Shown: in pieces, positions 1 to 9,919 of the stretch
How the letters are laid out: the number at the start of each line of letters is the position of its first letter
Position numbering within the stretch: the stretch's first letter is position 1
Assembly: GCA_963718525.1 (NCBI GenBank)
Contig: OY970355.1
Location: 2,592,001-2,656,000, forward strand
Direction: 5' to 3'
Source of the DNA: Candidatus Dormiibacterota bacterium
Lineage (GTDB): Bacteria; Chloroflexota; Dormibacteria; Aeolococcales; Aeolococcaceae
Length of the DNA: 64,000 nucleotides
The notes under the pieces: model-generated
The model's input: only the letters and a program-made list of their open reading frames with translations
What the model was told of the DNA's origin: nothing
The model's database searches: none
Program-made: the position numbers and the translations under genes

Positions 1-275
1 GAGTTCGTCGCGCACGGCGCGTTCACCATCCCGGCTTGCCCGGGGTAGGCGTTACAGCGACTGCATCTGACAACTTGAAAACCGGCTAGGTCGCGGCCCT
101 GCCTGCGGCTATCGAAGTCTGAGCAGCCCGACCTAGGGTTGAGCGCGTCGCCTGCTACGCGTTGATCGACCTCATCAGCCGCGTAGGCACATTATCGACG
201 CTCCGAGCGCTGTGCTAGCAGGCCCGGAACGCGTATCCACTCAGTTTCGAACACGGAGGCGGATCCGAGAAGCGA

Positions 276-305
276 AAAACAAGAAAGAGATACCCGGCAA
301 CGACC
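276..305 (-). repeat. att-like copy 1 of the 5S rRNA 3' end
   Basis: 286-305 AGAGATACCCGGCAACGACC is identical to 7925-7944. 276-300 matches 2365-2389 at 24/25. Confidence 0.9.
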
Positions 306-374
306 CGGACGCGTACGCCGTGGTAATGCTAAGCGAGGACTACGAGACGCACTGTGAATGAACCCGGCTTGGGC

Positions 375-980
375 TCATCTGCCGATAGCAAGGGCGAGAA
401 GGGTATTGACCGCAGTCTCGAACGGGCGGGTACTCCGTTGCACCTGGGCGAGTAGAAGTCCGCCTTGGAGCGTGGCGAGGAGCGTAGTCGCGAGGTCGTC
501 CGGGTCGATCCCCGACGGGAGCTTCCCGTCGGCATGAAGGGATCTGAGTCCATCGCCGATGGCGGCTGCCCACTGATCGAACCCTGCCGCTATGAGCACT
601 CGGGCCTCGGGGTCACACTCTGCCAGTTGACCACCGAGCGAGCCTAGGGGGCAGCCCCCCTTTGCTTTGGTGCGCTTCGCTTCGGTGATCACCATCTTCC
701 GCCAGGCTTCGACTCCGTTCGCGCTGCGGAGCAACCGCCCCTGGTTATTGACGATGGCGTCGGCCTGGTAATCGATGACCGCCTGCACGAGTTCGTTCTT
801 GTCGGGAAAGTAGTGGTACATCTGAGAGCCGCTGACTTCCGCCGCCACCTTGACGTCTTCCAAGGTGGTGCTCGCCACCCCGCGCTCATGGATCAGGGCG
901 GCGGCCTCCTCCACTATTCGTGCCCGGGTGCGTGCTCCCTTGGGGGTGAGCCTCGGCCGGTCACTCATCTCGTTGACCAT
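375..980 (-). CDS. TetR/AcrR family transcriptional regulator
   Basis: N-terminal HTH (GVASTTLEDVKVAAEVSGSQMYHYFPDK) and GCPLG motif; divergent from the SDR. Confidence 0.92.
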   Translation of the reverse strand: MVNEMSDRPRLTPKGARTRARIVEEAAALIHERGVASTTLEDVKVAAEVSGSQMYHYFPDKNELVQAVIDYQADAIVNNQGRLLRSANGVEAWRKMVITEAKRTKAKGGCPLGSLGGQLAECDPEARVLIAAGFDQWAAAIGDGLRSLHADGKLPSGIDPDDLATTLLATLQGGLLLAQVQRSTRPFETAVNTLLALAIGR

Positions 981-1001
981 GCACCAATGTTAGCAGGATT
1001 T

Positions 1002-1050
1002 TGAGTTTGACAACCCAGTCCGGACCTGTCAGAGTGGGTCGCACAACCCA
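1002..1050 (+). promoter_or_regulatory. SDR promoter with two putative TetR operators
   Basis: TTGACA 1007-1012, 17 nt spacer, CAGAGT 1030-1035. Palindrome TGGGT-N6-ACCCA at 1035-1050 and an imperfect copy TGAGT-N6-ACCCA at 1002-1017. Confidence 0.6.
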
Positions 1051-1076
1051 TTTTTTAGCGACAGGAGGCACATCGC

Positions 1077-1826
1077 ATGACCGACCTCAAGGGCAAGACC
1101 GCTCTGGTTACGGGCTCGACGAGCGGTATCGGCAAGGCGACGGCCATCGCCTTGGCCGCCCGCGGCGCTCACGTACTGGTGGTCGGGCGCAACGAACAAC
1201 GAGCCAAAGACGTGGTGGCCGAGATCGAAGGCAGCGGAGGCAGCGCAACGTTCCGGCTCACCACGTTGAGCGATCTGAAATCAGCCCACGAGCTGGCCGA
1301 ATGGGCCATTGAGGCAGGCGACGGTCATGTCGACATCCTCATCAACAACGCTGGCGTCGCCTTGCTCGGACCAAGCAACGCAGCCACCGAAGCAGACTTC
1401 GACGAGAGCTTTGCAGTCAACGTCAAGGTTCCGTTCTTCCTCGTCGCGTCACTGGCGCCAGCCATGGCCGAACGCGGATGGGGTTCGATCGTCAACGTCT
1501 CCACGATGGTCGCCAGCTTCGGACAGGCAGGCATGGCTCTGTATGGCGCCAGCCGAGCGGCTCTCGAACTGTTGACGAAGGCCTGGGCTGCCGAATACGG
1601 CCCGGGTGGTGTTCGGGTCAACGCCGTTGCCCCCGGCCCGACACGGACCCGCACGATGGAAGCAGTCCCTGAAGAGATGGTGAATCAGCTCGCAGCACAA
1701 GCACCAGCAGGTCGCGTAGCTCAGCCCGAGGAACTTGCTGCGGCGATCGTCTTCCTCGCCAGTGATGATGCCAGCTTCGTCCACGGCGTCACTCTTGCAG
1801 TCGATGGAGGCCGAGTAGCGACGTAA
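1077..1826 (+). CDS. Short-chain dehydrogenase/reductase
   Basis: TGSTSGIG, NNAG and YGASR motifs; GGAGG RBS. Confidence 0.95.
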   Translation: MTDLKGKTALVTGSTSGIGKATAIALAARGAHVLVVGRNEQRAKDVVAEIEGSGGSATFRLTTLSDLKSAHELAEWAIEAGDGHVDILINNAGVALLGPSNAATEADFDESFAVNVKVPFFLVASLAPAMAERGWGSIVNVSTMVASFGQAGMALYGASRAALELLTKAWAAEYGPGGVRVNAVAPGPTRTRTMEAVPEEMVNQLAAQAPAGRVAQPEELAAAIVFLASDDASFVHGVTLAVDGGRVAT

Positions 1827-1896
1827 CGCTTGTCGGCGCGACGTTCAAGTGCGAAGACATAGAACAGATCGCAACCAACAACTGAGGAGTATCCAC

Positions 1897-2217
1897 ATGA
1901 GCGCATACGTAATTGTCGAATTCACGGTCAAGGACCCGGATGTTTATCGTGAGAAATACAGCCGCAACGCTGGACAGACGGCCAAAGAGCACGGAGGCGA
2001 GGCTCTCGCCAACAGTAACTGGGAGATCCTGCATGGCGATGGCTCGCTCACCTCAGGGGCACTCATGCGGTTTCCGGACCATAAGGCGGCCGTCAGTTGG
2101 TACAACTCGCCTGAATATCAGCAGCTGATCGATGTCCGAGGTGTCGCGATGGATGCCCGTTTCAGCTTGCTCGACGGCCTCCCTACGCGCACAGAAGAGG
2201 ACAGCACATCCCAATGA
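1897..2217 (+). CDS. DUF1330 family protein
   Basis: MSAYVIVEF...FPDHKAAVSWYNSPEYQ; GAGGAG RBS before ATG 1897. Confidence 0.85.
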   Translation: MSAYVIVEFTVKDPDVYREKYSRNAGQTAKEHGGEALANSNWEILHGDGSLTSGALMRFPDHKAAVSWYNSPEYQQLIDVRGVAMDARFSLLDGLPTRTEEDSTSQ

Positions 2218-2309
2218 GCGCACTTCCAGGAAAGACGGTACTCATCACCAGCGCCAACGCCGGGATCGGCAACGATGTGGCCCGGCAACTGGCGTTTCGT
2301 ATCACTTAA
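2214..2309 (+). pseudogene. Truncated SDR (N-terminal 31 aa only)
   Basis: ATGA-coupled to the previous gene; translates MSALPGKTVLITSANAGIGNDVARQLAFRIT*, a Rossmann-fold start that ends abruptly. Not in the ORF track. Confidence 0.75.
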
Positions 2310-2364
2310 TGACGCTTTTTGCGCAATCCTGCCCCGACTGTTTTTGCACAAACGCCCAGCTTGG

Positions 2365-2389
2365 AAAACAAGAGAGAGATACCCGGCAA
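2365..2389 (-). repeat. att-like copy 2 of the 5S rRNA 3' end
   Basis: 2373-2389 AGAGAGATACCCGGCAA is identical to 7923-7939; lies about 105 bp upstream of the recombinase. Confidence 0.9.
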
Positions 2390-2495
2390 GCATCCACGCC
2401 TATGCGCTGTGCTTGTGCGACGAGACAATCTCAGACGCGGCGAGCGCGGAGGGCGCAGTTATCTGCTCTGTTTCAATCCGTCACCGAGGACCGTC

Positions 2496-3371
2496 ATGGC
2501 AACGCCAGCAGCCCCGGCCGTTTCCCGGCAATCTGAGCGCCGGCTCGCCGTCTCTCTCGACGTGGTGCGCGAGTACCAGGCCGCGAGCAAGGCTCCGGCC
2601 ACCACGCGGGCTTATGCCTCCGACTGGCGGCGCTTCACCGCCTGGTGCGACGACAGGGGCCTGTCGCCGCTCCCTGCTACTCCGGAGACCGTGAGTCACT
2701 ATCTCGCCGACGCGGCCGAGAACGGCTACCGGGCGGCGACCATCACCCGCTGGGCGGCTGCGATCAGCCAAGCGCACCAGGCGGCGGGACACGCGACCCC
2801 GACCGCTGCGCTCGAGGTGCGGGCTTGCCTACGTGGCATCCGCCGTACCCTCGGCACCGTGGGCCGCCAGGCCGCGCCGATCACCCCGGTCACCCTGCGA
2901 CGGATGCTCCGCCACGTCAGTCGGCGCAATGGTGAGCTGCGGGTCCTCCGCGACCGCGCGCTGCTCCTGGTGGGCTTCGCCTCCGGGCTGCGCCGCTCCG
3001 AGCTGGTCGGGCTGGACGTCGAGGACGTCGAGGAGACGGCCGAGGGTCTGATCCTCAACATTCGCCGCAGCAAGACCGACCAGGAGGGACAGGGACGCCG
3101 TATCGGCGTCTGCCACGGGCGCCACCACGAGACGGACCCGGTTGCCGCCCTGCGGGTCTGGCTCGCCGCCTCGGCAACTGACGCGGGGCCTATCGAGCGG
3201 TACAGCGGTCACTCTCTCCGGGCCGGCATGGCGACATCTGCCGCTGGAGCCGGTGCGAGCGAGGCCGCCATCACGGCGCAGGGCGGATGGCAGTCCGTAC
3301 AGATGGCTCGGCGTTACGTGCGGGACGGGCAGATCTTCCGCGTCGCCTCAGCGCTCGGACTGGGGCTGTAG
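2496..3371 (+). CDS. Cre-like tyrosine recombinase, probable in-frame internal deletion
   Basis: TTRAYASDWRRF N-domain, GLRRSEL, SKTDQEG, HSLRAG and GW...RRYVR motifs. The segment between GPI and YSGHSLR is unusually short. Confidence 0.88.
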   Translation: MATPAAPAVSRQSERRLAVSLDVVREYQAASKAPATTRAYASDWRRFTAWCDDRGLSPLPATPETVSHYLADAAENGYRAATITRWAAAISQAHQAAGHATPTAALEVRACLRGIRRTLGTVGRQAAPITPVTLRRMLRHVSRRNGELRVLRDRALLLVGFASGLRRSELVGLDVEDVEETAEGLILNIRRSKTDQEGQGRRIGVCHGRHHETDPVAALRVWLAASATDAGPIERYSGHSLRAGMATSAAGAGASEAAITAQGGWQSVQMARRYVRDGQIFRVASALGLGL

Positions 3372-3440
3372 GCTTTCGGAGGGCCCATGAGGCGGGTGCT
3401 TCTACACCGCAGTCCCACGTCGTGCGAAGCCAACATCATG

Positions 3441-3812
3441 CTAGGGCAGCGGAGGTGGGGCGGGGATCTGCGCTGTGGCCTGAGCAAAGTCGTACCCGCA
3501 GGAACGGCAAACGGTGAGCCCCTTCTTCACGTCATTGCCACAACGCGGGCACTGACGGTGCCGCGGCCTGCTCATCAGCCATATCAAGCCCAGAACCACG
3601 AAACCGATGAACCAGATGAGAACGATCAGCGTGACGCCAATCCCGGCGCCAACCGCCGTCCCGGCTTGACAACCAGACAGTGCCCCGTCAGTCAGCCCCG
3701 CGCAGTTGTCGCTGGTGCTGGCGATTCCGGCGATCAGCCAGATGACGATAAGGACGTTGAATATGGCGAGCGCCCAGGTAGCCTTGCGCCAGTGGGGAAC
3801 CAGTCGACCCAT
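3441..3812 (-). CDS. Small membrane protein with C-terminal zinc ribbon
   Basis: Two hydrophobic helices, then CPRC...CRSC; GGAGG RBS. Confidence 0.75.
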   Translation of the reverse strand: MGRLVPHWRKATWALAIFNVLIVIWLIAGIASTSDNCAGLTDGALSGCQAGTAVGAGIGVTLIVLIWFIGFVVLGLIWLMSRPRHRQCPRCGNDVKKGLTVCRSCGYDFAQATAQIPAPPPLP

Positions 3813-3928
3813 TTTGACTTCACCTCCCTGGGATCAACGTCCCATCGGGACCGCACGATACGCACTGCCACGTCGAGCGTCAACGCGGTTGGCACTCGCC
3901 TGGCTCGTGGCAGACCACCCGTCACAAG

Positions 3929-3959
3929 AGAGGCCCTTGACGCGCTACCAAGGGCCTCT
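3929..3959. terminator. Hairpin, possible terminator
   Basis: 11-bp stem AGAGGCCCTTG/CAAGGGCCTCT. Confidence 0.45.
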
Positions 3960-4114
3960 TAGGAAGGGATGAATTGCGGGATTCAGTGCATGGGCCATAG
4001 CCCTGCGGGCGACTGGCGGGTCGTTCAACGCCAGGGCTAACAGGGATGTTCTTGCCTTTCGCCCGGCCCCGAGCTACCAACATAGGTCGTATTGACGAGC
4101 CCTAGCGCGGGCGA

Positions 4115-4660
4115 TCAGCCCGAGAGACCCAGCTCGCCGCTGAGGGATGCATCGGCCGCCGTCAAGGCGCTCTGCGCGGGAGTCACCGTGTTGAAAATTG
4201 CGTTGTAGTTGCTGATGTTGTCTGTGTTCGCCGCAAGCGTGCCCATCACGTTTTCAAGCGCCGCGTCCGCGCTGAGAACGGCCTGAACATCTGCAGCGTC
4301 AGCTGGCGGGAACGTTATTGCTTGAACAGCGGTATCAAATGTTTGGCGCGCGCTGATCTGGGCATTGATGGCCGCAGCGGCTCCAGTCGGATCCGTAGAG
4401 GCCTTGTTCTGCTCCGCGATCTGTGCGTTGACAGCCGTGACCATTGCGTTGAAGGCAGTTGAATACGCGCTCGCAGCCACTAGCTCAGCGGCGGCCGCTG
4501 ACGCCGAGCTGTTCGCGGCAGCTCCGCCCGCGGAGCTTGCCGACGAGATGGCCGAGGGCGGCGATCCGCCGCACGCGACGATAACCACGGTTGCGGCCGA
4601 CGCGACGAACCCCACGATGACCCAGCGTTTCACAGTCGTCGCCATCGTCGTTACCTCCAA
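4115..4660 (-). CDS. Putative Ala-rich lipoprotein
   Basis: Signal peptide with lipobox IVA-C; helical mature region. Confidence 0.65.
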   Translation of the reverse strand: MEVTTMATTVKRWVIVGFVASAATVVIVACGGSPPSAISSASSAGGAAANSSASAAAAELVAASAYSTAFNAMVTAVNAQIAEQNKASTDPTGAAAAINAQISARQTFDTAVQAITFPPADAADVQAVLSADAALENVMGTLAANTDNISNYNAIFNTVTPAQSALTAADASLSGELGLSG

Positions 4661-5033
4661 TCCCCTATCGACCGAATTCCCGTCGAGACGGCGACGACGA
4701 CCGTCGTTCTTGAGGATCGCCCCGCCGATCGAGAAGCGCCTGGATTGCCTTCATGTGTCTGTTCGGCATCCTACGAACCGGCCAGGTCTAATCATTGCCC
4801 GCGATCTTGATGTGACACACCCTGGGTCACTCGCCTGCGCCCTCCGTCCCCTAGGGAGCGATCGCCGCCGCGAGAAACCACCCGATGCCGACCGCTGTCA
4901 TCCCGACACCGCTGCGCTGCTTCATGGCTTGGCTACCTTCCTTGAAGTCTCAGCCAACCGAACGAGCCCCGGTGCCGGCGCCGAACTGACCCTGGTTGGA
5001 GAGCGCTCCACGTCGCTTTTCGGATCCCGGCAA

Positions 5034-5843
5034 TTAGCTCTCGGCGAACCAATAGTCTAGAAAATCCGTGTTCGATGGGCCTCCCTCACCGACTGGACCC
5101 GGAGCAGCAAGATTGTACGTCCCCGACTGATTGATCATGTTGATGCCGGTGTACGAGAAGAAACCGATCCCCAACTTCTTGCCGCCCGCCGTCGCGTACG
5201 CGGAGGAGAATCCAATCTGCTCCTGGGCCGTCGTGTTAGACCACTCAGCCAGATTGCCGATCGAGCCGCCATACGTGGGCGCTTCACCGATCCACTCGGC
5301 AGAACTTCGTGTGCAGGTCAGCCCTGAGGCACAAGTCTGAGTAGTAGAAAACGAATGCCTGTGCGCCGTAGTCGTGTCGTTGACGACAATTTTGAACTTT
5401 CCACTTGCGTAGGTGACGCTTGCCGTGATGGAGTCGCCGGGGAACACGCCATAGGCGATCTGAATGTCGTTGGTCGGATACATCTCCCACCAAGCGTAGT
5501 AAGAGGGACTCGTGCCCGAGCAGTACGCATAAGTACCGCCCTGCTCGACTGTATTATCGCTGAAGCCATCCAGGCCAACCCAGAATGCATGGGACTCGTT
5601 GACGGTCCCGAGGCACGTCGCCTTGGGCACCTTCCACTTCGCCGTGACGAACGTGAATCGCTTTGCCGAGGCGGAGGCGGCGGCAAAACCCGACCAGTTG
5701 TAGCTGGTCACCCCTCCCGGCCCACCCTCGCTTCCGGGGATGTTCGCACCACTCCGGGCAGTTGGAACTGATGGTGCGGCGGCGAGTGTAAGGCTGGCGA
5801 GAGCCACGGCCAAGCCGAGCGTTCCGGGGATGATCCGTTTCAT
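5034..5843 (-). CDS. Secreted glutamic peptidase, family G1 (eqolisin)
   Basis: NWSGF, WVGLDG, EQGGT, AWWEMYP and SAEWIGE motifs; signal peptide MKRIIPG; AGGAGG RBS. Confidence 0.9.
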   Translation of the reverse strand: MKRIIPGTLGLAVALASLTLAAAPSVPTARSGANIPGSEGGPGGVTSYNWSGFAAASASAKRFTFVTAKWKVPKATCLGTVNESHAFWVGLDGFSDNTVEQGGTYAYCSGTSPSYYAWWEMYPTNDIQIAYGVFPGDSITASVTYASGKFKIVVNDTTTAHRHSFSTTQTCASGLTCTRSSAEWIGEAPTYGGSIGNLAEWSNTTAQEQIGFSSAYATAGGKKLGIGFFSYTGINMINQSGTYNLAAPGPVGEGGPSNTDFLDYWFAES

Positions 5844-6119
5844 GTGCCTCCTAAGCTGGTCGTACTCGCACCGACTTGCTCTGAAGAGACTGGGTGACCG
5901 TTGCGAGCAACCAGAATCCCTCCCGACTGCGCCGATTATGCGGGATCGCGTTAGCGGTTGGCGCATCCCGACCGCATGAGCGCCACCACGAGCAGACCTT
6001 TCTTGATCATTACCCCAACCCAGGTAGCTCGGTGCGCCTCAGTTAGCGATGCCGTTCAACGGGTCTTTGGTGATGGACAGTTCCCCGGGCGGCTGCCGCG
6101 GATTGGGCGGCGTGACTCT

Positions 6120-6617
6120 TCACAACGGCCAACGGCGGGCAGTAGTAGCCCTGAATTTCGTCGTCCCAGCGGACACCTCCGCAAATGCGCGATCGTCGGC
6201 CTCCTCGGCCCTCGCTCTGAGGACGAAGTAGGCTCGCCAACGCATATGGGGCGGTTTCCCCGGGAAGGGCACGAGGAGACTGGCGGATCCTCCCATCCGC
6301 AGCCGAATGGCCTGAGCACGTGTGATGGCTCGATCCCCAGCCGTAGCCCGCTGAGATGCATAGACGAGACGGTGGCAGTTGCGGCAGCGGAGAGTTCCCG
6401 CGAGCTGGTACAGACGGATCGCACGGCAGCCGCACCCCGGGCAGAGCCACCAGGCACGCTCGCCCCCGAAGGGGCACGGCGTGTACGAGATCTCCACCGC
6501 GCCCTCCCGTTCGGCGTAGCGGCGATGGTGCCACAGGCGAATATCCAGGACGGGGCAACTTTCGACAGTTAATGGCGTCCCGTACCTGGGCCACTGACCC
6601 GATCCTAAGCCGCCCCT
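6120..6617 (-). pseudogene. Element-associated Zn-finger hypothetical protein, probably degenerate
   Basis: GGERAWWLCPGCG...CRNC..YASQ...KPPHM motifs. The likely MGGLGSG start reads AGG at 6615-6617. Confidence 0.55.
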
Positions 6618-6946
6618 TTCACCGAAATCTTCTGAGTTTCGACGCGAGCCCGGATTTGCTCGAGGAGCCGCAGACGAGACATCGATGGTGCTCGGGGCCA
6701 TCGCCAGGGACCACGCTATTGCTCCCTACCTGAGCGATAAGTGAGCGCTATCGGGCGGGATGAGCCACGCCAACGGGAGCCTTGGTTGGGCGACCAAACT
6801 ATGTCGCGACACTACAACAGATGTGTAGCACCATTGCCAGAAGCTCCGCGGCGCGGCTCATGCGGTTCTGCCGTCCATCGGGTCCGCCGCCAGGGGTCAG
6901 CGTCCATAGGGACTGGCGCCCATCGACGGTTCCAGCAAGGGTCGGA

Positions 6947-7213
6947 CCAGACAACCAGACACCCTTAAGTGACCACTTGTCTGTCTGGTTGGTCAACTGC
7001 GCCCCAGAGGGGGCTACTGCCCCCCGCTCTCTGAGGCTCCGCGCCAGGTCGTGTCGTGTCTGTCTGCCAGACATGTCTGGTGCCGTTTTCGTATTCACGC
7101 GACACCCCCGAGCCCTATTTGTCTGGTACGTGTCTGGTTAGCGTCGTCGAAGGCCGCGAGCGCCCATTTGGTGGGCTCGGTGCCGGGTACGGGGACGAAC
7201 AGCCGGCCAGACA
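6947..7213. repeat. Cluster of CCAGACA/TGTCTGG repeats, putative origin iterons
   Basis: Full or near-full copies near 6947, 6955, 6978-6988, 7057-7066, 7120, 7131 and 7207; perfect palindrome CCAGACATGTCTGG at 7067-7080. Confidence 0.65.
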
Positions 7214-7904
7214 TCCTTTTGAGGGTTGTCCGGACGGTTTCGGTGTTCGCGTCGAGGTGATCGGCGATGTCTGCGACGGTGCGGGGCGACGTCTTCAGGA
7301 GTGCGCGAATGCGGGCTTTGAGCGGCATGGCGCCGGCCAGGTCGGGAATGCTGGCGATGTCGGCTCGCGTGATCGTCGTCTTGGGCTCGAACTCGAAGTG
7401 CAACGCGAACGGCTGGGCCTTGGTGCCGTCGTTGCTCTTCTTGCTGGTGAGCGCAAGGTCGAGCCGCGGTGATCCCGGCTCCTGGGACGCCTTGACGAAC
7501 CAGGTCAACCGGGCCGAGTTGTGCCAGAAGGTCGAGCCGAATGGTCGGTCCTCGTCGCCACCTCTGTTGATGTGGGCGAGCAGACAACTCCCCACCTCGA
7601 GGCGGGACAGAGCTTGGAAGAAGTCGAGGCAGACGCCGGCGCCTTCGGGAGGACCGGCACAGGCGAGCGCGACGGAGTCGAGGAAGATATACCGGATCTC
7701 GTGCTCGTGGATGATGCGTTGCAACCGTTCCACCTGGGCGCTCAGCGGTCCCTCGCTCGCGCAGGGGACGTACAGCACCGAGGGCAGCGGAGCACCGTCC
7801 CCACACAGGGCGCCCATGCGCCGGCGGTGGGGGGCGGCTCGCCACTCGAAGTCCAGATATGCGGTCTTCAACCGTTGCGAGAGGGGCAGACCCAAAGGCC
7901 TCAC
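7095..7904 (-). pseudogene. 5'-truncated RepA/AAA_25-like helicase with C-terminal HTH
   Basis: YLDFE, IFLDS (Walker B), LLAH and FGSTFW..SAR motifs; Walker A absent; ORF begins right at the element end. Confidence 0.65.
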
Positions 7905-7912
7905 GTTGAGGC
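7898..7912 (-). terminator. Hairpin just downstream of 5S, possible rrn terminator
   Basis: GCCTCA-ACG-TGAGGC followed by CTTT on the minus strand. Confidence 0.4.
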
Positions 7913-7930
7913 GAGATACAAAAGAGAGAT

Positions 7931-8047
7931 ACCCGGCAACGACCTACTCTCCCACCCCGTTGCCAGGGCAGTACCATCGGCGCTGGTGGGCTTAACTGCT
8001 GTGTTCGGGATGGGAACAGGTGTTTCCCCACCGCTATGATCACCGGA
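7931..8047 (-). rRNA. rrf: 5S rRNA
   Basis: CCCATCCCGAACAC and GAGAGTAGGTCGTTGCC motifs; flanked by a precursor stem. Confidence 0.97.
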
Positions 8048-8542
8048 TATCTCTCTCATGACGAGTGAGAACGCGAGTCTGGTCCACGGAAGCGGCGTCG
8101 CGCCGTCCGTCGGAGAATCCTAGTGCGCTACTTCGAGCGCTCTTGCCAGGCGTTGCACTTTCCTGCGGCGCCACCCTTGGCGCCATCCCACTAGTCGCTG
8201 AAAAGTGGGATAGGAGGTCAAGCCCTCGACCGATTAGTACCGCTCAGCTCAAAGAGTCACCTCTCTTACACCCGCGGCCTATCAACCAGATGGTCTCTCT
8301 GGGGTCTTACCCGGTTATCCGGTGGGAGATCTTATCTTGGAGTGGGCTTCGCACTTAGATGCTTTCAGCGCTTATCCCATCCGGACATGGCTACCCAGCG
8401 ATGCTCTTGGCAGAACAACTGGTGCACTAGCGGTCCGTCCAACCCGGTCCTCTCGTACTAAGGTCAGCTCTCCTCAAATCTCCTGCGCCCACAGCGGATA
8501 CGATCCGAACTGTCTCACGACGTTCTAAACCCAGCTCGCGTA

Positions 8543-8579
<37 letters not shown>

Positions 8580-8583
8580 ACTC

Positions 8584-8625
<42 letters not shown>

Positions 8626-8655
8626 TGCCGTCGATGTGAACTCTTGGGCAAGATC

Positions 8656-8692
<37 letters not shown>

Positions 8693-8849
8693 GACGGCCT
8701 TTCCATTCAGAGCCGTCGGATCACTATGCCCGACTTTCGTCCCTGCTCGGCTTGTCGGCCTCACAGTCAAGCTCCCTTACGCCATTACACGCCAAGGCCT
8801 GATTTCCATCCAGGCTGAGGGAACCTTTGGGCGCCTCCGTTACCGTTTG

Positions 8850-8882
<33 letters not shown>

Positions 8883-9161
8883 CCACGGTCCCGACACCGG
8901 ATAACGGCGCCGGTTAGAAATAAAATCCAGCAAGGCTGGTATTCCAAGGTTGACTCCACCGAACCTAGCGGCCCGACTTCACAGTCTCCCAGCTATCCTC
9001 TACATGCTGGACCCCATTTCAGTGGCAAGTTATAGTAAAGCTCCACGGGGTCTTTCCGTCCTGCTGCGGGTAACCTGTATCTTCACAGGTACTTCAGTTT
9101 CGCCGAGTACGTGGCCGAGACAGCGCCCATCTCGTTACGCCATTCGTGCGGGTCGGAACTT

Positions 9162-9919
<758 letters not shown>

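Larger units (their letters stand above)
2373..7939. mobile_element. Decayed integrative (phage-satellite-like) element inserted at the 5S rRNA 3' end
   Basis: 17-bp terminal direct repeats; recombinase at one end; helicase remnant and iteron-like repeats at the other. Confidence 0.72.

Noticed and set aside
1-275. Possible gene end at 1-48 and an inverted repeat CTAGGTCG/CGACCTAG
   Set aside because: Too little context at the window edge to assign.
2281-2531. CCCGGCAA at 2281 and 2524 as extra att sites
   Set aside because: Only 8-9 bp, GC-rich and within coding sequence; plausible by chance.
6799-7098. 99-aa ORF over the repeat cluster
   Set aside because: Its sequence is dictated by the CAGACA repeats and shows no family motif.
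276-7944. Three repeats as a CRISPR array
   Set aside because: Spacing is kilobases, the repeat is the 5S end, and there are no cas genes. No CRISPR array was seen in the window.
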